From assembly GCA_024641665.1 (NCBI GenBank), contig JAHECP010000002.1, positions 28,775 to 92,774 on the forward strand: 64,000 nt of DNA. The letters are read 5' to 3'. The notes beneath the pieces are model-generated. The model did not search any database. It was given only the letters and a program-made list of their open reading frames with translations, and had not been told where the DNA came from. Of the stretch, positions 61,924-64,000 are shown one piece after another; positions within the stretch are counted from its first letter, which is position 1; every line of letters starts with the position of its first letter. This DNA is from Acidobacteriota bacterium. GTDB lineage: Bacteria; Acidobacteriota; Vicinamibacteria; Vicinamibacterales; JAHECP01. Position numbers and translations under genes: made by a program.

Positions 61924-63375
61924 CTACTGGACGTTCTTCAGAATCGCCATCAGGTACTCGAAGAACTTCGGCACCGTGTTGATGTAGATCTTCTCGTCCG
62001 GCGAGTGCACGCCCTCGAGCGTCGGACCGAACGACACCATGTCGATGCCGGGGTACTTCTCGCCGATGATGCCGCACTCGAGGCCCGCGTGGACCGCCTT
62101 GACCTCCGGCGTCTTGCCGTAGAGCTTCTCGTAGGTGGCGATCGCCCGCTTGAGGATCGGCGAGTCCATGTCCGGCTTCCACCCCGGATAGCCCGAGCCC
62201 TGGTCGACCTCGGCGCCGCCCATCTCGAAGATCGTCCGCACCGTCTGGGCGATCTCGCGGATCTCGGACGCCACGGAGCTCCGCTGGCTGGTGGCGAGGG
62301 TGACCTTCTTGCCCTGGGTCGTCACGACGGCCACGTTGGTCGACGTCTCCACGAGGCCCGGGATGTCGGCGCTCATCTTCGTGACGCCGTGCGGCAGGGC
62401 GGCGATGACCTGCGCGATCTGCCGCTGGTACTTCTTCTTGAGGACCGCCCCGCGCTTCTTGACCAGCGCGGCCGTCACCTCGAGATCGGGCTCCACGGTC
62501 GCCAGCTCACCCCGGACGATGGTGTGCCACTCGGCGATGAGCGCCTGCGCCGCCTCGACCTTCGCCTTGGGCACGAACACGAGCGCCCGGCACTCGCGCG
62601 GGATGGCGTTGCGCTTGTTGCCGCCGTTGAGGGAGGCCAGGCGCGCGCCGAGGTCGCCCAGCGCGATGAGCACCCGGTTCAGGATCTTCAGCGCGTTGCC
62701 GCGGCCCTTGTCGATCTCGAGGCCCGAATGGCCGCCCTTGAGGCTGGAGACGGTGACCTCGAGCGCGACCAGCGTGGCCGCGGCCGGCTCGACCTCGACC
62801 TTCCAGGTGCCGACCGTGTCCTGTCCGCCGGCGCAGCCCACGTACAGGGCCCCCTCCTCCTCGGAGTCGAGGTTGAGCAGCGTCCGGCTCTCGACGAAGC
62901 CCGGCTGCAGGCTGTGCGCGCCGGTCAGGCCCGTTTCCTCGTCGATCGTGAAGAGGAACTCGAGCGGGCCGTGCTCGAGCGACTTGTCCTCCATGATGGC
63001 GAGGTTGGTGGCCACGGCGACGCCGTTGTCGGCGCCCAGGGTCGTGCCGTTGGCCATCATCACGTCACCCCGGCGCACGAGCTCGATGGGGTCCTTGCTG
63101 AAGTCGTGGGTCGTGCCTGCGTTCTTCTCGCAGACCATGTCCAGGTGGCCTTGCAGGCAGATGCTCTTGACGCGCGAACGCCCGGCCGAGGCGGGCTTCT
63201 TCACGACCACGTTGCCGGCCTTGTCCTGCCTGGCCGCCAGGCCGAGCCGCTTCGCGGTGTCGAGCACGAACCGGGCCGCCGCGGCCTCGTGCTTGGAGCA
63301 GCGCGGGATGCGCGCCAGCTCGGCGAAGTACTTCCAGACGAGGGGCGGTTTCAGACCGTCGATGGCTGATGACAT
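61924..63375 (-). CDS. pepD: aminoacyl-histidine (Xaa-His) dipeptidase, M20C family
   Basis: Track ORF of 483 aa. Blocks: LQGHLDMV, GTTLGADNG, FTIDEETGLTGA, LKGGHSG, VHAGLECG. Confidence 0.9.
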   Translation of the reverse strand: MSSAIDGLKPPLVWKYFAELARIPRCSKHEAAAARFVLDTAKRLGLAARQDKAGNVVVKKPASAGRSRVKSICLQGHLDMVCEKNAGTTHDFSKDPIELVRRGDVMMANGTTLGADNGVAVATNLAIMEDKSLEHGPLEFLFTIDEETGLTGAHSLQPGFVESRTLLNLDSEEEGALYVGCAGGQDTVGTWKVEVEPAAATLVALEVTVSSLKGGHSGLEIDKGRGNALKILNRVLIALGDLGARLASLNGGNKRNAIPRECRALVFVPKAKVEAAQALIAEWHTIVRGELATVEPDLEVTAALVKKRGAVLKKKYQRQIAQVIAALPHGVTKMSADIPGLVETSTNVAVVTTQGKKVTLATSQRSSVASEIREIAQTVRTIFEMGGAEVDQGSGYPGWKPDMDSPILKRAIATYEKLYGKTPEVKAVHAGLECGIIGEKYPGIDMVSFGPTLEGVHSPDEKIYINTVPKFFEYLMAILKNVQ

Positions 63376-63478
63376 GTGCGGTATCCCTCCAGCATGACAA
63401 CGCTTAACTCTATCACGCGGCTCCGCGACGAGGCGCTTGACGCGGCTTGCGGCGCCCTCCTAGAATCGCTCCACCCTT

Positions 63479-64000
63479 GTGAATGAGCAGAACAAGCCAC
63501 GGCCGCTGGCCGAGCAGATCTCCGAACTGACGACCAACCGGCTGTCGGTCTACCTCCGCTGCCTCAACGAGCTGGACCAGTCGGGGGTCCGCACCATTTC
63601 ATCGAAGGCCCTGGCCGACCAGTTCCACCTCAACGCCGCCCAGATCCGCAAGGATCTGGCGTATTTCGGCGAGTTCGGCGTCCGGGGCGTGGGCTACTAC
63701 GTCAAGGAGCTCAAGCGCCACCTGCGCCAGATCCTCGGCCTCGACCGGGAGGTCCGGGTGGCCATCGTCGGCGCCGGCAACCTCGGCCTGGCGCTGGCCG
63801 ACTACCCCGGCTTCCGCCAGGAGGGCTTCGACATCGTGATGCTGTTCGACAGCCAGTCCCAGAAGATCGGGCTGCATTCCCGGGGGGGCGTCCCCATCCA
63901 CGACATCCAGGACTTCAAGCGCCTGGTGCACCGCGAGAAGATCGGGATTGTCGTCGTGGCGGTACCCGCGGCCTCGGCCCAGGGGGTCGTCAACAAGGTG
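63479..64000 (+). CDS. rex: redox-sensing transcriptional repressor Rex (partial, runs off the right edge)
   Basis: My own translation from the GTG: VNEQNKPRPLAEQISELTTNRLSVYLRCLNELDQSGVRTISSKALADQFHLNAAQIRKDLAYFGEFGVRGVGYYV...VAIVGAGNLGLALADYPGF.... It is not in the track because no stop lies in the window. Confidence 0.85.
   Translation, partial: MNEQNKPRPLAEQISELTTNRLSVYLRCLNELDQSGVRTISSKALADQFHLNAAQIRKDLAYFGEFGVRGVGYYVKELKRHLRQILGLDREVRVAIVGAGNLGLALADYPGFRQEGFDIVMLFDSQSQKIGLHSRGGVPIHDIQDFKRLVHREKIGIVVVAVPAASAQGVVNKV

Overview
This is a high-GC chromosomal window, about two-thirds G+C by eye (not computed). Its gene content looks like Acidobacteriota: an orphan duplicated FtsX/MacB-type (ADOP-like) permease with decayed paralogues, GCCGGCCCC-type palindromic intergenic repeats, and many Tat/Sec/lipoprotein exo-enzymes. 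I can support about 50 CDS, one tRNA-Leu(CAA), several pseudogene remnants, repeat families, hairpin terminators and a few promoter candidates. Most of the very long Arg/Gly/Pro-rich ORFs in the track are antisense shadows of real genes.

Genes from left to right:
- 1-5296 (minus strand): a sigma-54 enhancer-binding protein (LMW-PTP/ArsC-like, PAS, AAA+, HTH). Downstream of it sits a tightly overlapping cassette of small protein, macro domain, NarI/DsrM-like membrane protein, and an HdrD/DsrK-like Fe-S protein fused to a receiver domain that runs off the left edge.
- 5362-17715: secreted and periplasmic enzymes. These are a Tat NAD-epimerase-like protein, a cyclase/formamidase-like lipoprotein, a large lipoprotein, a GH2 exo-glucosaminidase-like enzyme, a DAACS transporter, a signal-bearing MmgE/PrpD protein and a CocE/NonD hydrolase.
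- 17747-20584: a membrane spermidine-synthase-like protein and a DUF4440-like protein.
- 20706-28868: a rearranged kdp locus in the order kdpD(C-terminal half)-kdpE-kdpF-A-C-B-kdpD(N-terminal half).
- 29119-31480: a decay zone holding permease remnants, a copy of the tRNA-Leu 3' end, and a DUF4440 pseudogene.
- 31568-36298: a BNR/sortilin-like protein split at an ATGA junction, a Zn-ribbon PilZ protein and an orphan RHH protein.
- 36329-43807: a GAF histidine kinase and ANTAR regulator followed by a split, domain-permuted glutamate-synthase-like pair.
- 44213-49378: a full-length ADOP permease, AbiEi/AbiEii, tRNA-Leu(CAA) and HigBA.
- 50225-64000: korAB, arrays of GTGCAC heptamers, AcnX large and small subunit genes interrupted by a serine-hydrolase gene, then carD, plsC, an OPT transporter, pepD and partial rex.

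Best candidates for an undescribed system:
1. The sigma-54 / macro / DsrMK-like::REC cassette.
2. The ANTAR-linked permuted GltS-like module.
3. The AcnX-hydrolase operon.

All functional calls rest on motif recognition by eye and no database search was run. Coordinates that I derived by hand may be off by 1-2 nt.
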